64,000 nucleotides of DNA from an uncultured Chloroflexia bacterium (lineage in GTDB: Bacteria; Chloroflexota; Limnocylindria; Limnocylindrales; CSP1-4), in the NCBI GenBank assembly GCA_963752475.1, contig CAVVYR010000007.1, positions 1 through 64,000 on the forward strand, read 5' to 3'. Position 1 is the first letter of the stretch. Each line of letters begins with the position of its first letter. Under the pieces are notes generated by a model, which saw only the letters and a list, made by a program, of their open reading frames with translations, was not told where the DNA came from and searched no databases. Shown one piece after another: positions 40,158-49,751 of this stretch. Made by a program: the position numbers and the translations under genes.

Positions 40158-40821
40158 CATCTCAGGGGTGAAGCCCGATCCGGCTGCGAAGGCAACCCCT
40201 CCAGCTGCGCGCCCATGAGCGCGTCCTGCCCGGCCTCGCGGTCGGTCATGGAGGCGACGGACGCCTCCGTTCACGCGCCGTACCCACACCCTGCCGCCTG
40301 GACCACGCTGAGACACTGGCGGACCCGGCCCGCGCGTCAGTCCCGATGCGTTCGAGGGGAAGCCGAGGAGATCGCTAGTGCCGCAATTCATAACGTCGGG
40401 TGTTGAATTCGCGGCAGGGTGCATTCACGCTGCCGGCCTCGAATTCGCTCCCCAACGTTGTGGCATGGAGCACTAGTGACGCGGTGCACCGGAGCCCACC
40501 TCACGGTCCTTGCTACCAGGGCTCGCCACTCCTAGGCTCTGCGGCGCGGCCGCGCCGCGCGATGCGGCCCGTCTGGCCGAGGCTCGCCCACGGCGCGACC
40601 TGAACCAGTCAGGCTCGTGTCCGCAGGTGCGACCGGGAGTGCGACCGTGACGCACCCATCGACGACCTCTCTCAGGCACCCGCGCCAGCTGCAGGGGTCC
40701 ACGGTCCAGCAGCGGAACGAAACTCCTATCGTCCTGGACGATGGATGCCCTACCCTCTCCACGTGGATATCGCACTTGACGATGACCGCTGTGCCTGGGG
40801 GTCTGGGCTCCTGACCGCAGC

Positions 40822-42282
40822 GTGATACCCGTTACCCGAACGCAGGTCCTCCTGCGCCCTGATGCCCGGCGGGTCGTCATCAAGCCCTTCATGCCCGGCG
40901 CCCACATTCCGTCGAATGGCCATAAGCGAGCCCGCCAGGTCATCGATCGGATCCTTGGCCTCTCAGGGGCTGAGGTGGCCTCCACGCTCACGTCTACGCT
41001 CACCCAGTTCGCCGCACGGCACCCCGACCTCCCTGGAGCACTACTGCGCAACTACGAGGCCGTAGCTGGACTCATCGAGGACGCTGATCGCCTCACCCAG
41101 GATCAGCGGGTGCTCATCGGTGCCTACTTCACGCACGAGTACGCGATCGAAGCCGCGGCGCTCTCGAACCCGTCCATCGTCCGGGCTCCCGACCAGACCG
41201 GCCTCGATGCCGGGGAGCAGCGCTTCGTCCTGAGCTTGCGGGCGATCGGGGAGGGGCACCTGTCCTCGATCGAGTTCCGCTCAGGCGTCATCGACACGAG
41301 CGGCTACATCACCCTCGAGCAGCCAAGCCGCTTCACGACGATCGGAGAGCGCCGCGAGCCGCTCTATCACCGCGATACCTTTGGCGCGAAACTCCGAGAG
41401 CTTGGGGTGCACAACGAGATCGCCGGCCTGGTGCTCGACCCCCTGCCGGCTCAATTCACGATCGTCCAGCTCGAAGCCGCCATCGCGGACCTGGACGAGC
41501 ATGGCGTGGACCGGGTCGTGGCATATGAGACCACGAGGATCATCCACTGGGTCGCTGCGTCGAACTACACCATCGAGTTTGCGGCCGAGTCGCAGATCTC
41601 CGAGCGGGTCATCTTCCCTTCCGGCCCGGCCGAGAGCCAGGGCATGGAAGACGCTCGTTTCGTTCGCTTCAGCCGCGACGATGGCACCGTCGTCTACTAC
41701 GCCATCTACACCGCCTTCGACGGCTTCGAGATCCTGCCGCAACTCATCGAGACGGCCGACTTCCGCATGTTCAAGGTCGCCACGCTCAATGGCGATGCCG
41801 CTCGCAACAAGGGCATGGCCCTGTTCCCGAGGATGATCGACGGGCGCTATGCCGCGCTCTCACGACAGGACAACGAGAGCAACTTCCTGATGCTCTCCGA
41901 CGATGTCCGATTCTGGCATGAGCCGATCCGGATCCAGCAGCCCGAGCAGCCCTGGGAGCTGATGCAGCTCGGCAATTGCGGTTCGCCGCTGGAGACCGAG
42001 GCAGGCTGGCTCGTGGTCACCCACGGGGTCGGTCCGATGCGCCGCTACGCGCTGGGGGCGATCCTCCTCGACCTTGACGATCCGCGGCAGGTCATCGGTC
42101 ATCTCGAAGAGCCGCTGCTGGCGCCGAACGAGGCGGAACGCGACGGGTACGTGCCCAACGTCGTCTACTCGTGCGGCAGCCTGATCCATGGCGACGACCT
42201 CGTGATCCCGTACGGCTTCTCCGACCTCGGAAGTGGCATCGCGGCCATCCCGCTCGCGGATATCCTCGAGCGGCTTACCTGA
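40822..42282 (+). CDS. Glycoside hydrolase family 130-like protein (long form)
   Basis: GMEDARFVRF, RNKGMALFPR, GNCGSP, ERDGYVPNVVYSCG. Confidence 0.9.
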   Translation: MIPVTRTQVLLRPDARRVVIKPFMPGAHIPSNGHKRARQVIDRILGLSGAEVASTLTSTLTQFAARHPDLPGALLRNYEAVAGLIEDADRLTQDQRVLIGAYFTHEYAIEAAALSNPSIVRAPDQTGLDAGEQRFVLSLRAIGEGHLSSIEFRSGVIDTSGYITLEQPSRFTTIGERREPLYHRDTFGAKLRELGVHNEIAGLVLDPLPAQFTIVQLEAAIADLDEHGVDRVVAYETTRIIHWVAASNYTIEFAAESQISERVIFPSGPAESQGMEDARFVRFSRDDGTVVYYAIYTAFDGFEILPQLIETADFRMFKVATLNGDAARNKGMALFPRMIDGRYAALSRQDNESNFLMLSDDVRFWHEPIRIQQPEQPWELMQLGNCGSPLETEAGWLVVTHGVGPMRRYALGAILLDLDDPRQVIGHLEEPLLAPNEAERDGYVPNVVYSCGSLIHGDDLVIPYGFSDLGSGIAAIPLADILERLT

Positions 42283-43354
42283 CCGCCCGGCTTCCGGCCA
42301 GCCGGTGCTGGGCGATGACCTGCCGATAGACGTCGAGATAGGCATCGACCATCCGGTCAAGGTCGAAGCGCTGCTCAACCGAGGCGCGCACCGCTCGCCG
42401 ATCGATGTCGGCGCAGGAGTGGACGGCGGCTACGGCTTCATCGAGGCCACGCACCAAGTACCCGCCTTCTCCATGGCGCACGATCTCCGGCATCGATCCC
42501 CGGGCATTGGCGATAACGGGGGTGCCGCAGGCCATGGCCTCGACCACGCTGTAACCGAAGGGCTCCTCGAAGTCGATGAGGTGCAGCAGTGCCCGTGCCC
42601 CCGCGAGCAGGTCGGCGCGAGCCTCGGGCCCGATGGGACCGATGTATCTGACCCGCTCTCCGTCGAGCCGCGGCTCAACCAGGCGCTCGAAGTACTCGTG
42701 GTCTTGGATGATGCCCGCGATGATCAGCGGCAGCCCAGTCCGCTCGGCGACGTCGATGGCGGTAGCGGTGCCCTTGTCGGGGTGGATCCGGCCGAAGAAC
42801 AGCAGATACGTGCCCGCCGCCGAACGCGCCTCGAATGCGGCCAAGTCGATGCCGTGGTGGATGGTGGCGACGTAGTGAAGCCGCGCATGTCGGTCCGCCT
42901 CGCTGATCGCAACGTAGTGGCCCCGCTCGTCGTACTTCTCATAGACGGCCACGATGCGTTCCGATGAGAAGCCGTGGATGGTCGTGACGACCGGCGTCTC
43001 CACCAGTCCGCTGTAGGTGAGTGGCAGGAAGTCGAAGCTGTTGTGGATCAGGTCGAACTCGCCGGCGCGCTCGAAGAGCGCAGCGATGTGCAGGCTCTCC
43101 GCGACCTTGGGGTCGAGCGAGGGATCCTCGGAGTACCCACGCGGGACGCAGGCACTGAGTCGAGCACTCGTGATCGAGTCGGCCGTGGCGAACAGAGTGA
43201 CATCCACGCCGCGGCTGACGAGACCCTCTGTCAAGAGCGACACGAATTGCTCCCAGGGACCGTAGTGACGTGGCGGTACCCGCCACGAGATGGGGGCGAG
43301 CATGGCGACCCGGAGGGGGCTATCCACGGTTGCCTGCGTGTCTGATCGAGGCAC
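42275..43354 (-). CDS. Glycosyltransferase family 4
   Basis: VPPRHYGPWE, GRIHPDKG, EEPFGYSVVEAMACGTPV. Confidence 0.92.
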   Translation of the reverse strand: MPRSDTQATVDSPLRVAMLAPISWRVPPRHYGPWEQFVSLLTEGLVSRGVDVTLFATADSITSARLSACVPRGYSEDPSLDPKVAESLHIAALFERAGEFDLIHNSFDFLPLTYSGLVETPVVTTIHGFSSERIVAVYEKYDERGHYVAISEADRHARLHYVATIHHGIDLAAFEARSAAGTYLLFFGRIHPDKGTATAIDVAERTGLPLIIAGIIQDHEYFERLVEPRLDGERVRYIGPIGPEARADLLAGARALLHLIDFEEPFGYSVVEAMACGTPVIANARGSMPEIVRHGEGGYLVRGLDEAVAAVHSCADIDRRAVRASVEQRFDLDRMVDAYLDVYRQVIAQHRLAGSRAVR

Positions 43355-43407
43355 GTCGCGGCGACCTCATCGCGGCGTCGATCGTGCCCCCTCGCGGCCG
43401 GCCGCCA

Positions 43408-44508
43408 TCAGGCCACGGCTCCGAAGGCCTCACGCGATCTCGGGGTCGAATGCGCGCTTCGAGCCCGCAGGTCGCGGGTGTGCTCAAGAGCGATGAGCCA
43501 CATCAGCGTGGATTCGGCTCCCTGGTTGCGGCTGACGCCAGCCGGACCGATGCCGTCAGCACCGGCGCCCGATGTCGGATCGGCGACGGGTGCGTGGGCA
43601 TCGTTGCGACCCAGGAACCAGCCATAGGCGGACTCCACGGCATCGCGGTAGCGTGGGTCGGCGGTCTCCTCGAACGCGGTCTCGGCCGCGAGGAGCATCG
43701 TCGTCGTGGAGATCGGTTGCTGGTCGTAGCGAGCCACCCATCCACCTCGCGGCCACCAGCCCGCGTTGCCCACGGTCCGCAGATCCCCGTGCGCGCCCAT
43801 CTGCGCATCGATGAGCCAGTCAAGGACGTGCAATCCGGCCTGGACCATACGTGGGCGCCTCAGCCGGCGACCGGCGACGATCAGGGCCTGCGGCAGTAGC
43901 TCGTTCTCGTACGTGACCAACGCCTCCGGCCAGGGCCAGTCGGTGTCGGATTCGCAGCGGGCAAAGGACTTCCACAGGTCGTTCGCCACCCGCTGGTAGA
44001 CGTCGGCCATCACATCGGACCCTCTTGTGCGGGCCACCGCTTCGCAGGCCAGGATCACCGTCGCCTGTGGCCGCAGCGAGCTGACGCGGCTCGCGGTCGA
44101 GAACGAGCGCTCGAACAATGCCGAGGCGTCGTCGCGCACGGTGCCAGCAGGGGCCGACGCGATGACCTCGGCAAGCGCCTGCAAGGCCCGCGCGTTGGCA
44201 TCCTCCGATCCGGGAAGGTCCAGCCAGGCACCATCCCATCGCCGGAGGTTGCGGAAACGGCCGGTCGAGCTCTCGAATGCTTGGGCCAGGAATCTCACGT
44301 TCCGCTCGGCGCTCGCGACGACAGCTGACCAGCCGAGCTGGCGGTGGTGCAACAGATCGACCATCAGGGCCCGTGCCACGTCATCGGTGCAGTAGCCGTG
44401 GCTCGGGTCCGGCTGGGCACCGTGCGCGTGCTGCATGATCCCGATCTCGGTGGTCAGGATGTCGAGATGATGACGACTGACCGGGAACAGCGGGAAGAGT
44501 TCAGGCAC
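43408..44508 (-). CDS. Six-hairpin-glycosidase-like partner of GT4
   Basis: GIMQHA...HGYCTDDVARAL, WPWPEALVTYEN, YDQQP, WFLGRND, NQGAEST; GTG overlaps the upstream stop. Confidence 0.8.
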   Translation of the reverse strand: MPELFPLFPVSRHHLDILTTEIGIMQHAHGAQPDPSHGYCTDDVARALMVDLLHHRQLGWSAVVASAERNVRFLAQAFESSTGRFRNLRRWDGAWLDLPGSEDANARALQALAEVIASAPAGTVRDDASALFERSFSTASRVSSLRPQATVILACEAVARTRGSDVMADVYQRVANDLWKSFARCESDTDWPWPEALVTYENELLPQALIVAGRRLRRPRMVQAGLHVLDWLIDAQMGAHGDLRTVGNAGWWPRGGWVARYDQQPISTTTMLLAAETAFEETADPRYRDAVESAYGWFLGRNDAHAPVADPTSGAGADGIGPAGVSRNQGAESTLMWLIALEHTRDLRARSAHSTPRSREAFGAVA

Positions 44509-45760
44509 CCTGCACAGCCGGCGCTGGGAGGCCCAGGACGGCCATATTGCTCGGTGCCACCTGCGGTCGTCTGAAGAGTCGCTCGTAGTCCGCTGCGACT
44601 CGGGACCAGAGCATGCTCCGTCCGTGAAGGTAGGCACGCTGCGCCATCGCGGCACGGAGGCCGTGGTCCTGGAGCAACTCGATGAGTGCGTCGGCCATGG
44701 CACCCGGGTCGCCCGGCGGTACCAGTCGGCCGCGTCCATCCGCGAGGATCTCGGAGGCGTAGAGATAGGGGGTGGATACCGTCGCCTTGCCGGCGGCCAT
44801 CGCGTAGGAGAGCGTCCCCGAGACGATCTGGTCGAGGTTCGGATACGGCGTCACGAACACGTCTGCCGCTTCCAGCCATCGACTCAGCTCGTGCTGACTC
44901 ACGAAGCGATCGACGAAGACGACGTGCTTGCTCATGCCCAGGTCGGCCGCCAGGGTCTCGAGCAGGGTCCGGTAGCGCTCGCCTTCGGTCCGCTGGAGCT
45001 CAGGATGCGTGGCTCCAAGGATGACGTAGCGGGCGTTTGGCACCGCACGCACCACATCGGGCATGGTTTCGATGACCGACTCATAGCCCTTGCTCGGCCC
45101 GACCAGCCCGAAGCTGAGAAGGAGCTGGCGGCCGCCCATGCCAAGTCCCGCCTTCACGCTGTCGGGGTCGACGAAGGGCAGATCAGGCACACCATGGGGG
45201 ATGATCTCCACGCGGCTCGGATCGGCGGCGTAGCGGTCGACCAGGATCCTGGCTGCGGCCGACGACATCACGACCGTAGCTGCGGTGGCATCAAGGATGC
45301 CCCGCATCACTCGACGCTGCCCGACGGTCGGGTGGCGCAGCACTGTGTGCAGTGTCGCTACCGCCGGCATGGAGAGCGCGGCCAGGAAGTCGAGGACGCC
45401 CTCGCCGTCGTTCCTGCCCCAGATGCCGTACTCGTGCTGCACGGAGACCGCGCTGACGCCGCACTCGCCGAGTGAACGGGCGGCACGGGCATAGTCGGCA
45501 CGAACATCGGTCCGGATGACGTGATGGACCGGGTGGGTCATCGCCAACGTGGGACCAGGGCTGTTGAGGGCCACGATCTCACCCTCCCCGAGAGCCCGCT
45601 CGAGGTCAGCTGTGAACGTGGCGATGCCGCAGCGTCGTGGTGGATAGGTGGAGACAAGCGCGATAGGTGCCACCGAGGCCCTGCTAGCGTCCCGCGCGCC
45701 GCGCGGGGTCGGGGCCGACGACAGATCGATGCTTCGACTTCCGACCTGTCGTGAAACCAT
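44501..45760 (-). CDS. Glycosyltransferase family 4
   Basis: STYPPRRCGIATFT, QHEYGIWG, QIVSGTLSYA. Confidence 0.92.
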   Translation of the reverse strand: MVSRQVGSRSIDLSSAPTPRGARDASRASVAPIALVSTYPPRRCGIATFTADLERALGEGEIVALNSPGPTLAMTHPVHHVIRTDVRADYARAARSLGECGVSAVSVQHEYGIWGRNDGEGVLDFLAALSMPAVATLHTVLRHPTVGQRRVMRGILDATAATVVMSSAAARILVDRYAADPSRVEIIPHGVPDLPFVDPDSVKAGLGMGGRQLLLSFGLVGPSKGYESVIETMPDVVRAVPNARYVILGATHPELQRTEGERYRTLLETLAADLGMSKHVVFVDRFVSQHELSRWLEAADVFVTPYPNLDQIVSGTLSYAMAAGKATVSTPYLYASEILADGRGRLVPPGDPGAMADALIELLQDHGLRAAMAQRAYLHGRSMLWSRVAADYERLFRRPQVAPSNMAVLGLPAPAVQGA

Positions 45761-46158
45761 GTTGCACCTTGGTCAAGCAGACGGCGATCGACCACGGCCA
45801 AGCAGAACGGCGCGTCGTGCGCTTCGGGTCGTCAGCGACCCGGCGAAGCTCGGCCTCCTCTGCGATTTCAACGATGCGCGCGATCACAGGCTTTGTCAAT
45901 CGCTCCAGAAGCCTCATCTCGCGGGCCGCCACCCACCCTGAGCGTGAAATGGCCCCTTCGGGCGCACTGGAGTGGTCTCTCTCGTCCCGTCGCATGTACC
46001 GAGTTGGTCGCCGTTGGGTACGGTCCACAGCCCGATGCCGTCGTTGGCGAGTCCGACCACGATGCCGGCCGCTCGCGAGCCGCGGCCAACTACGCGGCCA
46101 TACCGCGGAGGGGCCCATTCCGAGGCTGTCTTCTGTGCCAGCGATGTTGCGACCCCAC

Positions 46159-47406
46159 TCACGTATCGGACTCCTGGTGGACGACCTCTGGGCCCGCAGC
46201 GAGGCGGTCTCCACAGACGACGTAGAGTGCCCCACGACCACTGACGATCCACGCCAAGCCATCCGGACCGACGCGGAGGTCAAGGGCGCCCCGTCCGGAA
46301 TCGGGGATCTTGACACGGTAGAAGTCGGCGCCGTCGTAGACGTGCAGGCCGATGCCATAGACCGAGAACCAGACCCGGCCATCAGGGTCGACCGTGATGA
46401 TGTTCGGCGCAGTGGGATCCCAACCGGTCCAGACGTCAAGCCTCCCTTGCGGCATCCCTTGTTCCGGGCCGATGGCCGACCATGTGCCCTCGTCGTACCG
46501 CAGGAGCACGTACTCACCTGGCCGGTTGTCGTGAAGCCTGCGATCCGCGATCGCCCAGAGCGATCCATCCGGGCCGACCGAGAGTCCGAGCACCCTGGGT
46601 ACCTCGGCGGTTCCGATCTCGTCGCCACTCCAGCCTGCTTCGTCGTACGTGGCGATACCGCCGGGGCGGTATCCACGATCGATGCCCAGCCATACTCGCC
46701 CGTCGGTCGTGCGCGCGAAGTCGTAGTGACCCGCACCGCCGGCGAGGGGCTCCTCGAGACCGACCGACTCGGAGGACACCCAGGCTTCCCCCTCCAGCTT
46801 GACGATTTCACTCGTTCGATCCCGGGAACGTGTGACACGCCACACGGAACCATCGTCCAGCGTTCCTACCGAGTGCCCGGCGCTGCGCATGCCACCCGAA
46901 CGATCGACCCAACGTCCATCCTCGGCCACCACGGTCGAGCCGCCATCCTCCACGGCCCAGAGCTCGCCCCATGGCGCGAGATGGAGGAAGCGGACGAACG
47001 AACGCCAGCCGTCGGTCCTCGGCACGATCGCGCCCGGCTCGCCAAGCTCGATGACTCGACGTCCCTGCGCGACCACGATGGTCCCGTCGCTGCCGACCTC
47101 GACCTCGCGGATCCGACCACCATCGAATCGGTGGCCGGCCTGATCGGCGATCACCTGCAGGACGCCAGGCCCGACGGCCTTGGTCACCAGCCCCTCCTGC
47201 ACCTCACATATCGGTGATGGGCTAGTGGCCGATGCGCCGGGGTCGATGCCGGCGACATCGGCCGGGGCAGCCAGCAGAGCGATGACCACCAGCGCGCTGC
47301 CCGTGAGGAGAGCGCGGCGTGGTGAGGCGGCGCGCGGTAGTCGTGATGCGAGACCGTGCCCAGGCAAAGGGAGAACAACGCGCACATCCGGTCGATGCGA
47401 CGTCAT
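46159..47406 (-). CDS. Secreted beta-propeller repeat protein (Reg_prop-like)
   Basis: Arg-rich signal peptide; repeated DGSVW/DGRVW/PDGSLW blades with YDG turns; GAGGT RBS. Confidence 0.8.
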   Translation of the reverse strand: MTSHRPDVRVVLPLPGHGLASRLPRAASPRRALLTGSALVVIALLAAPADVAGIDPGASATSPSPICEVQEGLVTKAVGPGVLQVIADQAGHRFDGGRIREVEVGSDGTIVVAQGRRVIELGEPGAIVPRTDGWRSFVRFLHLAPWGELWAVEDGGSTVVAEDGRWVDRSGGMRSAGHSVGTLDDGSVWRVTRSRDRTSEIVKLEGEAWVSSESVGLEEPLAGGAGHYDFARTTDGRVWLGIDRGYRPGGIATYDEAGWSGDEIGTAEVPRVLGLSVGPDGSLWAIADRRLHDNRPGEYVLLRYDEGTWSAIGPEQGMPQGRLDVWTGWDPTAPNIITVDPDGRVWFSVYGIGLHVYDGADFYRVKIPDSGRGALDLRVGPDGLAWIVSGRGALYVVCGDRLAAGPEVVHQESDT

Positions 47407-47487
47407 CGGCGTGAGACCTCGAGGCCAGGGCCGCGCTCAAGGCCCCACTGGTCGGAATGCGCACCGCTGGATCCAGAGGTAAATGTA
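47404..47487 (-). ncRNA. Candidate structured 5' leader, copy A (with -10 TACATT at 47482-47487)
   Basis: GCGGUGCGCAUUCCGACCAGUGGGGCCUUGAGCG core at 47434-47467; three copies in the window. Confidence 0.65.
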
Positions 47488-47565
47488 GTCCCTGGTATCC
47501 GCGCATGCGGTCAACGAACCGTGGATGGCCGGTGTCGTTTCCGATATCTCCAGCGCCGCAGCGCG

Positions 47566-47754
47566 TCAGAAGCCCGGCGGTGACTCGATCACGAGCCACG
47601 CGAGCAAGGCCACGACGGCCGCCATCGCGATGGCCGCGATGAGCGCCGCGCGTCCGTTGCTGCCGGAATCATCATCGTGGTCGGGCTCGGGTTGGACTTC
47701 CCAGCGTGGGTCGTCCTCGAACTGGTCTAGCCGATGGTCAGTGCGCATGGTCAT
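47566..47754 (-). CDS. Small C-terminally anchored membrane protein
   Basis: Acidic N-terminus plus one TM; ATGA overlap with the upstream gene. Confidence 0.65.
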   Translation of the reverse strand: MTMRTDHRLDQFEDDPRWEVQPEPDHDDDSGSNGRAALIAAIAMAAVVALLAWLVIESPPGF

Positions 47755-48179
47755 CTGCCTCGCTTCTTCAAGATGCTCCTCGCTGGTGCGCCGAGCGGTC
47801 GCAGTCGGACGACGTGTGGCGAGAGCGCGCGTCTGCGAGCACCTCCTGATCGCTCATCCGCGTCATCCCTGGCGAGACGCACGGCTTGAGCGTCGGGGGC
47901 CTCCGTCGGCGCCGACGAGCGAGATGGTGCTTCCGCCACGAGAACGTGGATCCGCCAGAGCTGCTTCAGGTGTGTCCCGGGGGAAGGCGATTGCGCGACG
48001 ATGACGCCCCAGGGTTCACGAGTGCGGACGACGCGCGTCGCGTTGACGCTGGTGCCGGCCCATGCCGCCGCCGCGAGCGCGTCGGCGAGGCCAAGCCCGA
48101 TCAGGTCAGGGACGACCGTCGTCGTGGCCGGCGCCGGTGCGGCTGGAGCCCTGCTCGTGTCGTGCGCGAGCTCAGTCAC
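47751..48179 (-). CDS. Single-PASTA-domain protein, no signal peptide
   Basis: VVPDLIGLGLADA...GVIVAQSPSPG; GTGA overlap at 48176-48179. Confidence 0.7.
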   Translation of the reverse strand: MTELAHDTSRAPAAPAPATTTVVPDLIGLGLADALAAAAWAGTSVNATRVVRTREPWGVIVAQSPSPGTHLKQLWRIHVLVAEAPSRSSAPTEAPDAQAVRLARDDADERSGGARRRALSPHVVRLRPLGAPARSILKKRGR

Positions 48180-48730
48180 TTGCCGATCGATCTGACGCGG
48201 TCGATCGACGACGGGTTCTTCTCTGCGAGTCGCGCCAGGGTCAGCGCCACGACCGACCCGTCCGTGAGCAGCGTGCCTGCAGACGGGTGAGTCGACACGA
48301 TGTGGCCAGCCGGCACGCTCCTCGACGCACGCCGCCCCTTGACCAGCGGCACGAAGCCCAGCCAACACAGCAGCTCGAGCGCGGCTTCGAGCGGCAGCCC
48401 CCGGACGTCCGGGACCGGTGCGAGCGGCCGACCGGAGACGATGACGCGGATCCTCCCGCCTCGCCGTACACGCGTGCCGGCTTCAGGTCGCTGGTCGACC
48501 ACCAAGCCCCATGGCCCGATCGTGGTCTCCCACACCGAGACGGACAGCCGAACGCCAGCCATCCTGGCCGCGGCGTGTGCTTCGAGTGCTGGAAGGCCAA
48601 CGAGATCCGGAGCGAGGCACGGCACACGTCCCGGCGAGTCGGTCTGACGGGCGGGGAGCTCCAGCGCGGGACCGGGGGAGAGTCCCTCGTCCGCCGGGCC
48701 CGGGATGAAGATGCGGTCGCCGGTGATCAC
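48176..48730 (-). CDS. Two-PASTA-domain protein, no signal peptide
   Basis: APDLVGL...VVDQRPEAGTRV; VPDVRGL...GHIVSTHPSAGT. Confidence 0.8.
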   Translation of the reverse strand: MITGDRIFIPGPADEGLSPGPALELPARQTDSPGRVPCLAPDLVGLPALEAHAAARMAGVRLSVSVWETTIGPWGLVVDQRPEAGTRVRRGGRIRVIVSGRPLAPVPDVRGLPLEAALELLCWLGFVPLVKGRRASRSVPAGHIVSTHPSAGTLLTDGSVVALTLARLAEKNPSSIDRVRSIGK

Positions 48731-49008
48731 GGGTGCCGTGGGCGACCGGATCGCCGCAAGGCCGCATCGAGTGCTCTTCGCATCCGTGTTCGATCCGATG
48801 GGGATCGCCCGTAGACGGCGGGGACGTCGACAGGCGATGTGGTCGCCGCGCTGGTGAGACCCGGGACGGGGACCTCTCCAGCCCGGCGTCGCTCAGCCGC
48901 CGCCCTCGCCTCCAGGCGTCGCACGGCACGAGATCGCGTCGCAGACGCATCGCGACCTCCCTCGACCGGTGCCTGCGGGCTGCTGGGTGGAAGTTGGCCG
49001 CCGCTCAC
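48727..49008 (-). CDS. Hypothetical basic protein, translationally coupled on both sides
   Basis: GTGA overlaps at both ends; no recognisable domain. Confidence 0.45.
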   Translation of the reverse strand: MSGGQLPPSSPQAPVEGGRDASATRSRAVRRLEARAAAERRRAGEVPVPGLTSAATTSPVDVPAVYGRSPSDRTRMRRALDAALRRSGRPRHP

Positions 49009-49445
49009 GCCAGTGTCTCCATGGGTCGGCCAGAGCGGAAGAGCGTATCGACGACATCGTGGTCGACATAGGCACCGGGCTTCGTGCGCTTGCGTGGCTC
49101 GCCCGGAAGCACCTCATAGTCGATGCGAGATCCGGCCGAGACCAACGACCCGACTCGAGGGTTCGTCCGGATGACGACCTCGGAGCGACCAGACACCGGT
49201 CGCGGTGCCGGGTCGCGGCGACCTGGCACGAGTCCCGCAGCAACGAAGTCCGCACGGGCCTCACTCTCGGTGCTCAGCACCACGTCGGGGACGCGGACGT
49301 GCGAGCGGGCGGCGACGCCGCGCGTGACCGTGTCGTCGTCGGCGTTCACTCCACCAGCTGAACCGAGGCTCGCATCGCCTGTCATGGGGATGGGTTCGGC
49401 GGGTGCGCCGAACAAGACAGACACATCAACCCGATGCGTCGCCAT
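49005..49445 (-). CDS. Single-PASTA-domain protein, no signal peptide
   Basis: VRVPDVV...AAGL...VVIRTNPRVGSLV; GAGGT RBS. Confidence 0.7.
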   Translation of the reverse strand: MATHRVDVSVLFGAPAEPIPMTGDASLGSAGGVNADDDTVTRGVAARSHVRVPDVVLSTESEARADFVAAGLVPGRRDPAPRPVSGRSEVVIRTNPRVGSLVSAGSRIDYEVLPGEPRKRTKPGAYVDHDVVDTLFRSGRPMETLA

Positions 49446-49526
49446 CAGCCGGAACCTCGAACATCGTGGTGTCGCTCAAGGCCCCAGGTGGTCGGAGTGC
49501 GCACCGCGTCTTCGCGCCGGAATGTA
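49443..49526 (-). ncRNA. Candidate structured 5' leader, copy B (with -10 TACATT at 49521-49526)
   Basis: GCGGUGCGCACUCCGACCACCUGGGGCCUUGAGCG core at 49473-49507. Confidence 0.65.
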
Positions 49527-49646
49527 CACCCGGCGGTGGCCCGCGGATGCGTAACGATGCGTGTCGACTCGATTGCGGAACCTTAACCAACCGAGGACCC
49601 GCCGGCTCGTCGTCTCCTGAGGTCCCCGTGGGTTCCGATTTGGGTA

Positions 49647-49675
49647 TTGCGTTCCTCTGTCGAAGGTCGTACATT
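49647..49675 (+). promoter_or_regulatory. Sigma70-type promoter TTGCGT-N17-TACATT
   Basis: Canonical spacing, directly upstream of leader copy C. Confidence 0.65.
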
Positions 49676-49687
49676 CCCGCGCACGAT

Positions 49688-49751
49688 CGTGGTGCGCAGT
49701 CCGACCGCAGTGGCCTTGAGCGCCACCACGACGATGAGGTCACGGCCGATG
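49688..49751 (+). ncRNA. Candidate structured 5' leader, copy C
   Basis: CGUGGUGCGCAGUCCGACCGCAGUGGCCUUGAGCGCCACCACG, then GAGGU-N8-AUG. Confidence 0.65.

Noticed and set aside
40480-40515. GCGGTGCACCGGAGCCCACCTCACGGTCCTTG as a fourth copy of the RNA leader
   Set aside because: Lacks the UCCGACC and UUGAGCG core, the TACATT spacing and the SD/AUG context.
45684-45995. Possible small minus-strand ORF MRRDERDHSS... upstream of GT4
   Set aside because: No RBS or motif, and it overlaps the GT4 start; cannot be supported.
49524-49538. TACACCCGGCGGTG resembling the island operator
   Set aside because: Spacing too short and right half incomplete.
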